Part shown: positions 41,921-56,100 of the stretch, one piece after another
Layout: every line of letters starts with the position of its first letter
Position numbering within the stretch: the stretch's first letter is position 1
DNA from: the human T2T-CHM13v2.0 reference genome, Homo sapiens
Length of the DNA stretch: 64,000 nucleotides
NCBI RefSeq assembly: GCF_009914755.1
Contig: NC_060933.1
Direction: 5' to 3' (one strand)
The notes under the pieces: generated by a model
What the model was told of the DNA's origin: nothing
The model's input: only the letters and a program-made list of their open reading frames with translations
The model's database searches: none
Position numbers and translations under genes: made by a program

Positions 41921-44139
41921 CGGAAGATTCCATTGCATTGCATTCCATTCCATTCCATTCCCCTGCACTCGCGTTGATTCCATTCCATTCCATTCCATTC
42001 CATTCCATTCCGTTCCGTTCCGTTCCGTTCCGTTCCATTCCATTCCATTCCATTCCATTCCATTCCATTCTTTTCCGTTCCATTTCATTCCATTCCATTC
42101 TATTCGGGTTAATTCCATTCCATTCCATTCGATGGCAATCGTGTTGATTCCATTCCATTCCATTCCATTCCATTCCATTCCATTCCATTCCATTCCTTTC
42201 CATTCCATTACGGATGATTCCATTCCATTGCATTCCATTCCATTCCATTCCCCTGTACTCGGGTTGATTCCATTCCATTGCATTCCAATCCATGCCCTTC
42301 CACTCGTGTTGATTCCATTCTTTCCATTCCGTTCAAGTTGAATCCATTCCATTGCATTCCATTCCATTCGATTCCATTCGATTTCACTCGGGTTGATTCC
42401 ATTCCATTGCATTCCATTCCATTCCGTTCCATTCCATTCCATTACATTCGGATTGATTCTATTCAACTCCCTTACTCTCCATTACATTCCATTCCATTCG
42501 GGTTGTTCCATTCCATTCCATTCCATTCCACTCCATTCCATTGGACTCGGGTTGATTCCATTCCATTCCATTCCATTCCATTCCATTCCGGAAGATTCCA
42601 TTCCATTGCTTTCCATTCCATTCCATTCCCCTGCACTCGCGTTGATTCCATTCTATTCCATTCTATTCCATTCCATTCCCTTCCTTTCCGTTCCATTCCA
42701 TTCCATTCCATTCCATTCCATTCCGTTTCGTTCCGTTCCATTCCATTCCATTCCATTCTATTCGGGTTAATTCCATTACATTCCATTCGATTGCAATCGA
42801 GTTGATTCCATTCGATTCTATTCCATTCCATTCCATTCCATTCCTTTCCATTCCATTACGGATGATTCCATTCCATTGCATTCCATTCCATTCCATTCCC
42901 CTGTACTCGGGTTGATTCCATTCCATTCCATTCCATTCCATTCCACTCCATTCCGTTGCACTCGGGTTGATTCCATTACATTCCATTCCATTCCGGAAGA
43001 TTCCATTCCATTGCATTCCATTACATTCCATTCCCCTGCACTCGCGTTGATTCCATTCCTTTCCATTCCATTCCATTCCATTCCATTCCGTTCCGTTCCG
43101 TTCCATTCCATTCCATTCCATTCCATTCCATTCCATTCCATTCCTTTCCGTTCCATTCCATTCCATTCCATTCTATTCGGGTTAATTCCATTCCATTCCA
43201 TTCCATTGCACTCGTGTTGATTCCATTCCATTCCATTCCATTCCATTCCATTCAATTCCATTCCTTTCCATTCCATTCCATTACATTCGGATTGATTCTA
43301 TTCAACTCCCTTACTCTCCATTACATTCCATTCCATTCGGGTTGTTCCATTCCATTCCATTCCATTCCACTCCATTCCATTGCACTCGGGTTTATTCCAT
43401 TCCATTCCATTCCATTCCGGAAGATTCCATTCCATTGCATTCCATTCCATTCCATTCCCCTGCACTCGCTTTGATTCCACTCCATTCCATTCCATTCCAT
43501 TCCATTCCATTCCATTCCATTCCATTCCATTCCGGATGATTTCATTCCATTGCATTCCATTCCATTCCATTCCCCTGCACTCAGGTTGATTCCATTCCAT
43601 TCCATTCCAATACATTCCATTCCATTCCCTTCCATTTCATTCTATTCGGGTCAATTCCATTCCATTCCATTCCACTCCATTCCAGTCCTTTCCATTCCAT
43701 TCCACTCGGGTTGATTCCATTCTATTCCTTTTAATTCCATTCCATTCCATTGCAATCGAGTGGATTCCATTGGAGTTGAATCCATTCCATTCCATTCCAT
43801 TCCATTCCATTGCACACGGGTTCATTCCATTCCATTCCATTCCATTCCATTCCATTCCATTCCATTCCATTCCATTCTATTCCATTTCATTCCATTCCAT
43901 TCTATTCCGTACCATTCCATTCCATCCCATTCCATTCCGTTCCATTCCATGCCATTACACTCGGGTTGATTCCATTCCTTTCCATTCCATTCTTGTTGAA
44001 TCCATTCCATTCCATTCCATTCCATTCCATTCGAATCCATTCCATTGCACTCGGGTTGATTCCATTCCATTCCATTCCATTCCATTTCATTCCATTCCAT
44101 TCCATTACATTCGGATTGATTCTATTCAATTCCCTTACA

Positions 44140-47100
44140 CTCCATTACATTCCCTTCCATGATTGATTCCATTCCATTCCATTCCATTTCATTCCATTGC
44201 AATCCATTCCAATCCATTCCATTCCATTCCATTCCGCTCGAGTTGACTTCATTCCATTCCTTTCCATTCCATTCCATTCCTTTCCACTCGAGTTGATTCC
44301 ATTCCATTCCAATCCATTGCATTCCATTCCATGCCATTCCACTCGGGTTGATTCCATTCCTTTGCATTCCATTCCATTCCATTCCATTCCATTCCAATCC
44401 ATTCCATTCCGTTGCATTCCATTCCATTACATTCGAATTGATTCTATTCAACTCCCTTACTCTCCATTACATACCATTCCATTCGGGTTGTTCCATTCCA
44501 TTCCATTCCATTCCACTCCATTCCATTGCACTCGTGTTGATTCCATTCCATTCCATTCCATTCCATTCCATTCCATTCCATTCCGGATGATTCCATTCCA
44601 TTGCATTCCGTTCCATTACATTCCCCTGCACTCGCGTTGATTCCATTCCATTCCATTCCATTCCATTCCATTCAATTCCATTCCATTACAATTCGTTCCA
44701 TTCCATTCTATTCCGTACCATTCCATTCCATTCCATACCATTCCATTCCATTCCATTCCATTCCATTCCATTCCGTTCCATTCTGTTCCATTCCATTCCA
44801 TTCCATTCTATTCGGGTTAATCCCATTCCATTCCATTCCTTTCCATTCTATTCCATTCCATTGCAATCGAGTTGAATCCATTGCATTTCATTCCATTCCA
44901 TTCCATTCCATTCCGGAAGATTCCATTCCATTGCATTCCATTCCATGCCATTCCCCTGCACTCGCGTTGATTCCATTCCATTCCATTCCATTCCATTCCA
45001 TTCCATTCCTTTCCTTTCTGTTCCGTTCCCTTCCCTTCCATTCCATTCCATTCCATTCCGTTCCGTTCCATTCCATTCCATTCCATTCTATTCGGGTTAA
45101 TTCCATTCCATTCCATTCGATTGCAATCGTGTTGATTCCATTCCATTCCATTCCATTCCATTCCATTCCATTCCTTTCCATTCCATTACGGATGATTCCA
45201 TTCCATTGCATTCCATTCCATTCCATTCCCCTGTACTCGGGTTGATTCCATTCCATTGCATTCCAATCCATGCCCTTCCACTCGTGTTGATTCCATTCTT
45301 TCCATTCCATTCAAGTTGAATCCATTCCATTGCATTCCATTCCATTTGATTCCATTCGATTGCACTCGGGTTGATTCCATTCCATTGCATTCCATTCCAT
45401 TCCATTCCATTCCATTCCATTCCGTTCCATTCCATTCCATTACATTCGGATTGATTCTATTCAATTCCCTTACACTCCATTACATTCCATTCCATTCGGG
45501 TAGTTTCCATTCCATTCCATTCCATTCCTCTCCATTCCATTGCACTCGGGTTGATTCCATTCCATTGCATTCCATTCCATTACATTCAATTCCATTCCGT
45601 TCCATTCCATTCCATTACATTCGGATTGATTCTATTCAACTCCCTTACTCTCCATTACATTCCATTCCATTCGGGCTGTTCCATTCCATTCCATTCCATT
45701 CCACTCCATTCCATTGCACTCGGGTTTATTCCATTCCATTCCATTCCATTCCATTCCGGAAGATTCGATTCCATTGCATTCCATTCCATTCCATTCCCCT
45801 GCACTCGCGTTGATTCCATTCCATTCCATTCCATTCCATTCCATTCCATTCCATTCCATTCCATTCCATTCCATTCCTTTCCCTTCCATTCCATTCCATT
45901 CCATTCCATTCCATTCCATTCCATTGCAATCGAGTTGATTCCATTCCATTCCATTCCATTCCGTTCCGGATGATTCCTTTCCATTCCATTCCATTCCATT
46001 CCATTCCATTCCATTCCATTCCCCTGCAGTCGGGTTGATTCCATTCCATTCCATCCCATTCCATTCCATTCCATTCCATTCCGTTCCATTCCATTCCATT
46101 ACATTCGGATTGATTCTATTCAATTCCCTTACACTCCATTACATTCCATTCCATTCGGGTAGTTTCCATTCCATTCCATTCCATTCCTCTCCATTCCATT
46201 GCACTCGGGTTGATTCCATTCCATTGCATTCCATTCCATTCCATTCTATTCTATTCCGTTCCATTCCATTCCATTACATTCGGATTGATTCTATTCAACT
46301 CCCTTACTCTCCATTACATTCCATTCCGTTCGGGTTGTTCCATTCCATTGCACTCGGGTTGATTCCATTCCATTCCATTCCATTCCATTCCATTCCATTC
46401 CATTCCGGAAGATTCCATTCCATTGCATTCCATTCCATTCCATTCCCCTGCACTCGCGTTGATTCCATTCTATTCCATTCTATTCCATTCCATTCCCTTC
46501 CTTTCCGTTCCATTCCATTCCATTCCATTCCATTCCATTGCATTCCATTCCATTCCGTTCCGTTCCATTCCATTCCATTCCATTCTATTCGGGTTAATTC
46601 CATTCAATTCCATTCGATTGCAACCAATTTTTTTCCATTCCATTCCATTCCATTCCATTCCATTCCATTCCATTCCATTCCATTCCTTTCCATTCCATTA
46701 CGGATGATTCCATTCCATTGCATTCCATTCCATTCCATTCCCCTGTACTCGGGTTGATTCCATTCCATTCCATTCCAATCCATGCCATTCCACTCGTGTT
46801 GATTCCATTCTTTCCATTCCATTTAAGTTGAATACATTCCATTGCATTCCATTCCATTCGATTCCATTCGATTGCACTCGGGTTGATTCCATTCCATTGC
46901 ATTCCATTCCATCCCATTTCATTCCATTCCATTCCTTTCCATTCCATTCCATTCCATTGCAATCGAGTTGATTCCATTCCATTCCTTTCCATTCGATTCC
47001 ATTTCCTTGCATTCCACTCGGGTTGATTCCATTCCCTTCTTTCCACTCCATTACATTCCCTTCCATTCCACTCGGAATGATTGATTCCATTCCATTCCAT

Positions 47101-50100
47101 TCCATTTCATTCCATTGCAATCCATTCCAATCCATTCCATTATATTCCATTCCACTCGAGTTGATTTCATTCCATTCCTTTCCATTCCATTCCATTCCTT
47201 TCCACTCGAGTTGATTCCATTCCATTCCATTCCATTGCATTCCATTCCATGCCATTCCACTCGGGTTGATTCCATTCCATTCCATTCCATTCCATTCCAT
47301 TCCATTGCATTCCATTCCATTCCTTTCCCCTGCACTCGGGTTGATTCCTTTCCTTTCCATTCCATTTAATTCCATTCCATTCCATTCCATTCCATTCCAA
47401 TCCGTTCCATTCCATTCCATTCTATTCCACTGCAATCGACTTGATTCCATTCCATTCCATTCTATTCCATTTCATTCCATTCCATTCCATTCCATTCCAT
47501 TTTGTTCCAATCCATTCTATTCTGAACCATTCCATTCCATTCCATTCCGTTCCGTTCCATTCCATTCCATTCCATTCCATTCCGTTCCGTTCCATTCCAT
47601 TCCATTCCATTCTATTCGGGTTAATTCCATTCCATTCCATTCGATTGCCATCGAGTTGATTCCATTCCATTCCATTCCTTTCCATTCCATTACGGATGAC
47701 TCCATTCCATTGCATTCCATTCCATTCCAATCCCCTGTACTCGGGTAGATTCCATTCCATTCCATTCCACTCCATTCGGTTCCGTTGCATTCCATTCTAT
47801 TGAATTCCATTCTATTCGGGTTAATTCCATTCCATTCTATTCCATTCCATTCCATTCCATTCCATTGCAATGGAGTTGATTCCATTCCATTCCATTCCAT
47901 TCCGGATGATTCCATTCCATTGCATTACATTCCATTCCATTCCCCTGCACTCGTGTTGATTGCATTCCCTTCCATTCCATTCCATTCCGTTCCATTCCAT
48001 TCCATTCCATTCTATTCCGGTTAATTCCATTCCATTCCATTGCATTCCATTCCATTCCATTGCAATCGAGTTGATTCCATTCCATTCCTTTCCATTCCAT
48101 TCCATTGCCTTGCATTCCACTCGGGTTGATTCCATTCCCTTTTTTCCACTCCATTACATTCCCTTCCATGATTGATTCCATTCCATTCCATTCCATTTCA
48201 TTCCATTGCAATCCATTCCAATCCATTCCATTCCATTCCATTCCGCTCGAGTTGACTTCATTCCATTCCTTTCCATTGCATTCCATTCCTTTCCACTCGA
48301 GTTGATTCCATTCCATTCCAATCCATTGCATTCCATTCCATGCCATTCCACTCGGGTTGATTCCATTCCTTTGCATTCCATTCCATTCCATTCCATTCCA
48401 TTCCAATCCATTCCATTCCGTTGCATTCCATTCCATTACATTCGAATTGATTCTATTCAACTCCCTTACTCTCCATTACATTCCATTCCATTCGGGTTGT
48501 TCCATTCCATTCCATTCCATTCCACTCCATTCCATTGCACTCGTGTTGATTCCATTCCATTCCATTCCATTCCATTCCATTCCATTCCATTCCATTCCAT
48601 TCCGGATGATTCCATTCCATTGCATTCCGTTCCATTACATTCCCCTGCACTCGCGTTGATTCCATTCCATTCCATTCCATTCCATTGCATTCCATTCCAT
48701 TCAATTCCATTCCATTACAATTCGTTCCATTCCATTCTATTCCGTACCATTCCATTCCATTCCATACCATTCCATTCCATTCCATTCCATTCCATTCCAT
48801 TCCGTTCCATTCTGTTCCATTCCATTCCATTCCATTCTATTCGGGTTAATCCCATTCCATTCCATTCCTTTCCATTCTATTCCATTCCATTGCAATCGAG
48901 TTGAATCCATTGCATTTCATTCCATTCCATTCCATTCCATTCCGGAAGATTCCATTCCATTGCATTCCATTCCATGCCATTCCCCTGCACTCGCGTTGAT
49001 TCCATTCCATTCCATTCCATTCCATTCCATTCCATTCCATTCCATTCCATTCCATTCCTTTCCTTTCTGTTCCGTTCCCTTCCATTCCATTCCATTCCAT
49101 TCCATTCCGTTCCGTTCCATTCCATTCCATTCCATTCTATTCGGGTTAATTCCATTCCATTCCATTCGATTGCAATCGTGTTGATTCCATTCCATTCCAT
49201 TCCATTCCATTCCATTCCTTTCCATTCCATTACGGATGATTCCATTCCATTGCATTCCATTCCATTCCATTCCCCTGTACTCGGGTTGATTCCATTCCAT
49301 TGCATTCCAATCCATGCCCTTCCACTCGTGTTGATTCCATTCTTTCCATTCCATTCAAGTTGAATCCATTCCATTGTATTCCATTCCATTCGATTCCATT
49401 CGATTGCACTCGGGTTGATTCCATTCCATTGCATTCCATTCCATTCCATTCCATTCCGTTCCATTCCATTCCATTACATTCGGATTGATTCTATTCAATT
49501 CCCTTACACTCCATTACATTCCATTCCATTCGGGTAGTTTCCATTCCATTCCATTCCATTCCTCTCCATTCCATTGGACTCGTGTTGATTCCATTCCATT
49601 GCATTCCATTCCATTCCATTCAATTCCATTCCGTTCCATTCCATTCCATTACATTCGGATTGACTCTATTCAACTCCCTTACTCTCCATTCCATTCCATT
49701 CCATTCGGGTTGTTCCATTCCATTCCATTCCATTCCACTCCACTCCATTGCACTCGGGTTTATTCCATTCCATTCCATTCCATTCCATTCCATTCCATTC
49801 CATTCCATTCCGGAAGATTCCATTCCATTGCATTCCATTCCATTCCATTCCCCTGCACTCGCGTTGATTCCATTCCATTCCATTCCATTCCATTCCGTTC
49901 CGTTCCATTCCACTCCATTCCATTCCATTCCATTCCTTTCCTTTCCATTCCATTCCATTCCATTCTATTCGGGTTAATTCCATTCCATTCCATTCGATTG
50001 CAATCGAGTTGATTCCATTCCATTGCATTCCATTCCATTCGATTCCATTCGATTGCACTCGGGTTGATTCCATTCCTTTGCATTCCATTCCATTCCATTC

Positions 50101-53100
50101 CAATCCATTCCATTCCATTCCATTCCGTTCCATTCCTTTCCATTACATTCGGATTGATTCTATTCAATTCCCTTACACTCCATTACATTCCATTCCATTC
50201 GGGTAGTTTCCACTCCATTCCATTCCATTCCTCTCCATTCCATTGCACTCGGGTTGATTCCATTCCATTGCATTCCATTCCATTCCATTCAATTTCATTC
50301 CATTCCATTCCTCTCCATTCCATTGCACTCGGGTTGATTCCATTCCATTGCATTCCATTCCATTCCATTCAATTACATTCCGTTCCATTCCATTCCATTA
50401 CATTCGGATTGATTCTATTCAACTCCCTTACTCTCCATTACATTCCATTCCATTCGGGTTGTTCCATTCCATTCCATTCCATTCCACTCCATTCCATTGC
50501 ACTCTGGTTTATTCCATTCCATTCCATTCCATTCCATTCCATTCCGGAAGATTCCATTCCATTGCATTCCATTACATTCCATTCCCCTGCACTCGCGTTG
50601 ATTCCATTCCATTCCATTCCATTCCATTCCATTCCATTCCATTCCGTTCCGTTCCGTCCCATTCAATTCCATTCCATTCTATTCGGGTTAATTCCATTCC
50701 ATTCCATTCTATTGCAATCGTGTTGATTCCATTCCATTCCATTCCATTCCATTCCTTTCCATTCCATTACGGATGATTCCATTCCATTGCATTCCATTCC
50801 ATTCCATTCCCCTGTACTAGGGTTGATTCCATTCCATTGCATTCCAATCCATGCCCTTCCACTCGTGTTGATTCCATTCTTTCCATTCCATTCAAGTTGA
50901 ATCCATTCCATTGCATTCCATTCCATTCGATTCCATTCGATTGCACTCGGGTTGATTCCATTCCATTGCATTCCATTCCATTCAATTCAATTCCATTCCA
51001 TTCCATTCCGTTCCATTCCGTTCCATTACATTCGGATTGATTCTATTCAATTCCCTTACACTCCATTACATTCCATTCCATTCGGGTAGTTTCCATTCCA
51101 TTCCATTCCATTCCCCTCCATTCCATTGCACTCGGGTTGATTCCATTCCATTGTATTCCATTCCATTCCATTCAATTCCATTCCGTTCCATTCCATTCCA
51201 TTACTTTCGGATTGATTCTGTTCAACTCCCTTACTCTCCGTTACATTCCATTCCATTCGGGTTGTTCCATTCCATTCCATTCCATTCCACTCCATTCCAT
51301 TGCACTCGGGTTTATTCCATTCCATTCCATTCCATTCCATTCCATTCCATTCCGGAAGATTCCATTCCATTGCATTCCATTCCATTCCATTCCCCTGCAC
51401 TCGCGTTGATTCCATTGCATTCCATTCCATTCCATTCCATTCCATTCCATTCCTTTCCTTTCCATTCCATTCCATTTCATTCCATTCCATTCCGTTCCGT
51501 TCCGTTCCGTTCCGTTCCGTTCCGTTCCATTCCATTCCAATCCATTCTATTCAGGTTAATTCCATTCCATTCCATTCGACTGAAATCGAGTTGATTCCAT
51601 TCCATTCTATTCCATTCCATTCCATTCCATTCCATTCCATTCCATTCCTTTCCATTCCATTACGGATGATTCCATTCCATTGCATTCCATTCCAATCCAT
51701 TCCGCTGTACTCGGGTTGATTCCATTCCATTCCATTCCAATCCATGCCATTCCACTCGTGTTGATTCCATTTTTTCCATTCCATTCAAGTTGAATCCATT
51801 CCATTGCATTCCATTCCATTCCATTCCCCTGCAGTCGGGTTGATTCCATTCCATTCCATTCCATTCCTTTCCATTCCATTCCATTCCGTTCCGTTCCGAT
51901 CCATTCCATTCCATTCCATTCCATTCTATTCGGGTTAATTCCATTCCATTCCATTCCATTCCATTCCATTCCATTCCATTCCAATCGAGTTGATTCCATT
52001 CCATTCCATTCCATTCCATTCCACTCCATTCCAGTCCTTTCCATTCCATTCCACTCGGGTTGATTCCAATGTATTCCTTTCCATTCCATTCCATTCCATT
52101 GCAATCAAGTTGATTCCATTGCTTTGCATTCCATTCCATTCCATTCCATTCCGGATGATTCCATTCCATTGCATTCCATTCCATTCCATTCCCCTGCACT
52201 CGGGTTGATTCCATTCCATTCCATTCCGTTCCATTCCATTCCATTCCATTCCAATCCTTTCCATTCCATTACGTATGATTCCATTCCATTGCATTCCATT
52301 CCATTCCATTCCCCTGTACTCGGGTTGATTCCATTCCATTGCATTCCAATCCATGCCCTTCCACTCGTGTTGATTCCATTCTTTCCATTCCATTCAATTT
52401 GAATCCATTCCATTGCATTCCATTCCATTTGATTCCATTCGATTGCACTCGGGTTGATTCCATTCCAGTGCATTCCATTCCATTCCATTCCATTCCATTC
52501 CATTCCGTTCCATTCCATTCCATTACATTCGGATTGATTCTATTCAATTCCCTTACACTCCATTACATTCCATTCCATTCGGGTAGTTTCCATTCCATTC
52601 CATTCCATTCCTCTCCATTCCATTGCACTCGGGTTGATTCCATTCCATTGCATTCCATTCCATTCCATTCAATTCCATTCCGTTCCATTCCATTCCATTA
52701 CATTCGGATTGATTCTATTCAACTCCCTTACTCTCCATTACATTCCATTCCATTCGGGCTGTTCCATTCCATTCCATTCCATTGCACTCGGGTTTATTCC
52801 ATTCCATTCCATTCCATTCCATTCCATTCCATTCCGGAAGATTCGATTCCATTGCATTCCATTCCATTCCATTCCCCTGCACTCGCGTTGATTCCATTCC
52901 ATTCCATTCCATTCCATTCCATTCCATTCCATTCCATTCCATTCCATTCCTTTCCCTTCCATTCCATTCCATTCCATTCCATTCCATTCCATTCCATTGC
53001 AATCGAGTTGATTCCATTCCATTCCATTCCATTCCGTTCCGGATGATTCCTTTCCATTCCATTCCATTCCATTCCATTCCATTCCATTCCATTCCCCTGC

Positions 53101-56100
53101 AGTCGGGTTGATTCCATTCCATTCCATCCCATTCCATTCCATTCCATTCCATTCCGTTCCATTCCATTCCATTACATTCGGATTGATTCTATTCAATTCC
53201 CTTACACTCCATTACATTCCATTCCATTCCGGTAGTTTCCATTCCATTCCATTCCATTCCTCTCCATTCCATTGCACTCGGGTTGATTCCATTCCATTGC
53301 ATTCCATTCCATTCCATTCTATTCTATTCCTTTCCATTCCATTCCATTACATTCGGATTGATTCTATTCAACTCCCTTACTCTCCATTACATTCCATTCC
53401 ATTCGGGTTGTTCCATTCCATTGCACTCGGGTTGATTCCATTCCATTCCATTCCATTCCATTCCATTCCATTCCATTCCGGAAGATTCCATTCCATTGCA
53501 TTCCATTCCATTCCATTCCCCTGCACTCGCGTTGATTCCATTCTATTCCATTCTATTCCATTCCATTCCCTTCCTTTCCGTTCCATTCCATTCCATTCCA
53601 TTCCATTCCATTGCATTCCATTCCATTCCGTTCCGTTCCATTCCATTCCATTCCATTCTATTCGGGTTAATTCCATTCAATTCCATTCGATTGCAACCAA
53701 TTTTTTTCCATTCCATTCCATTCCATTCCATTCCATTCCATTCCATTCCTTTCCATTCCATTACGGATGATTCCATTCCATTGCATTCCATTCCATTCCA
53801 TTCCCCTGTACTCGGGTTGATTCCATTCCATTCCATTCCAATCCATGCCATTCCACTCGTGTTGATTCCATTCTTTCCATTCCATTTAAGTTGAATCCAT
53901 TCCATTGCATTCCATTCCATTCGATTCCATTCGATTGCACTCGGGTTGATTCCATTCCATTGCATTCCATTCCATCCCATTTCATTCCATTCCATTCCTT
54001 TCCATTCCATTCCATTCCATTGCAATCGAGTTGATTCCATTCCATTCCTTTCCATTCGATTCCATTTCCTTGCATTCCACTCGGGTTGATTCCATTCCCT
54101 TCTTTCCACTCCATTACATTCCCTTCCATTCCACTCGGAATGATTGATTCCATTCCATTCCATTCCATTTCATTCCATTGCAATCCATTCCAATCCATTC
54201 CATTATATTCCATTCCACTCGAGTTGATTTCATTCCATTCCTTTCCATTCCATTCCATTCCTTTCCACTCGAGTTGATTCCATTCCATTCCATTCCATTG
54301 CATTCCATTCCATGCCATTCCACTCGGGTTGATTCCATTCCATTCCATTCCATTCCATTCCATTCCATTGCATTCCATTCCATTCCTTTCCCCTGCACTC
54401 GGGTTGATTCCTTTCCTTTCCATTCCATTTAATTCCTTTCCATTCCATTCCATTCCATTCCATTCCAATCCGTTCCATTCCATTCCATTCTATTCCACTG
54501 CAATCGACTTGATTCCATTCCATTCCATTCTATTCCATTTCATTCCATTCCATTCCATTCCATTCCATTTTGTTCCAATCCATTCTATTCTGAACCATTC
54601 CATTCCATTCCATTCCGTTCCATTCCATTCCATTCCATTCCATTCCATTCCGTTCCGTTCCATTCCATTCCATTCCATTCTATTCGGGTTAATTCCATTC
54701 CATTCCATTCGATTGCCATCGAGTTGATTCCATTCCATTCCATTCCTTTCCATTCCATTACGGATGACTCCATTCCATTGCATTCCATTCCATTCCAATC
54801 CCCTGTACTCGGGTAGATTCCATTCCATTCCATTCCACTCCATTCGGTTCCGTTGCATTCCATTCTATTGAATTCCATTCTATTCGGGTTAATTCCATTC
54901 CATTCTATTCCATTCCATTCCATTCCATTCCATTGCAATGGAGTTGATTCCATTCCATTCCATTCCATTCCGGATGATTCCATTCCATTGCATTCCATTC
55001 CATTCCATTCCCCTGCACTCGTGTTGATTGCATTCCCTTCCATTCCATTCCATTCCGTTCCATTCCATTCCATTCCATTCTATTCCGGTTAATTCCATTC
55101 CATTCCATTGCATTCCATTCCATTCCATTGCAATCGAGTTGATTCCATTCCATTCCTTTCCATTCCATTCCATTGCCTTGCATTCCACTCGGGTTGATTC
55201 CATTCCCTTTTTTCCACTCCATTACATTCCCTTCCATGATTGATTCCATTCCATTCCATTCCATTTCATTCCATTGCAATCCATTCCAATCCATTCCATT
55301 CCATTCCATTCCGCTCGAGTTGACTTCATTCCATTCCTTTCCATTCCATTCCTTTCCTTTCCACTCGAGTTGATTCCATTCCATTCCAATCCATTGCATT
55401 CCATTCCATGCCATTCCAGTCGGGTTGATTCCATTCCTTTGCATTCCATTCCATTCCATTCCATTCCATTCCAATCCATTCCAGTCCGTTGCATTCCATT
55501 CCATTACATTCGAATTGATTCTATTCAACTCCCTTACTCTCCATTACATTCCATTCCATTCGGGTTGTTCCATTCCATTCCATTCCATTCCACTCCATTC
55601 CATTGCACTCGTGTTGATTCCATTCCATTCCATTCCATTCCATTCCATTCCATTCCGGATGATTCCATTCCATTGCATTCCGTTCCATTACATTCCCCTG
55701 CACTCGCGTTGATTCCATTCCATTCCATTCCATTCCATTCCATTCAATTCCATTCCATTACAATTCGTTCCATTCCATTCTATTCCGTACCATTCCATTC
55801 CATTCCATACCATTCCATTCCATTCCATTCCATTCCATTCCATTCCATTCCGTTCCATTCTGTTCCATTCCATTCCATTCCATTCTATTCGGGTTAATCC
55901 CATTCCATTCCATTCCTTTCCATTCTATTCCATTCCATTGCAATCGAGTTGAATCCATTGCATTTCATTCCATTCCATTCCATTCCATTCCGGAAGATTC
56001 CATTCCATTGCATTCCATTCCATGCCATTCCCCTGCACTCGCGTTGATTCCATTCCATTCCATTCCATTCCATTCCATTTCATTCCATTCCATTCCTTTC

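Noticed and set aside
46626-46636. T7 tract as a retrotransposon poly(A) tail or Pol III/intrinsic terminator
   Set aside because: Only 6-7 nt long, in register with the pentamer frame, derivable from the AATCGAGTTGATTCC word, with no element body, target-site duplication or hairpin.
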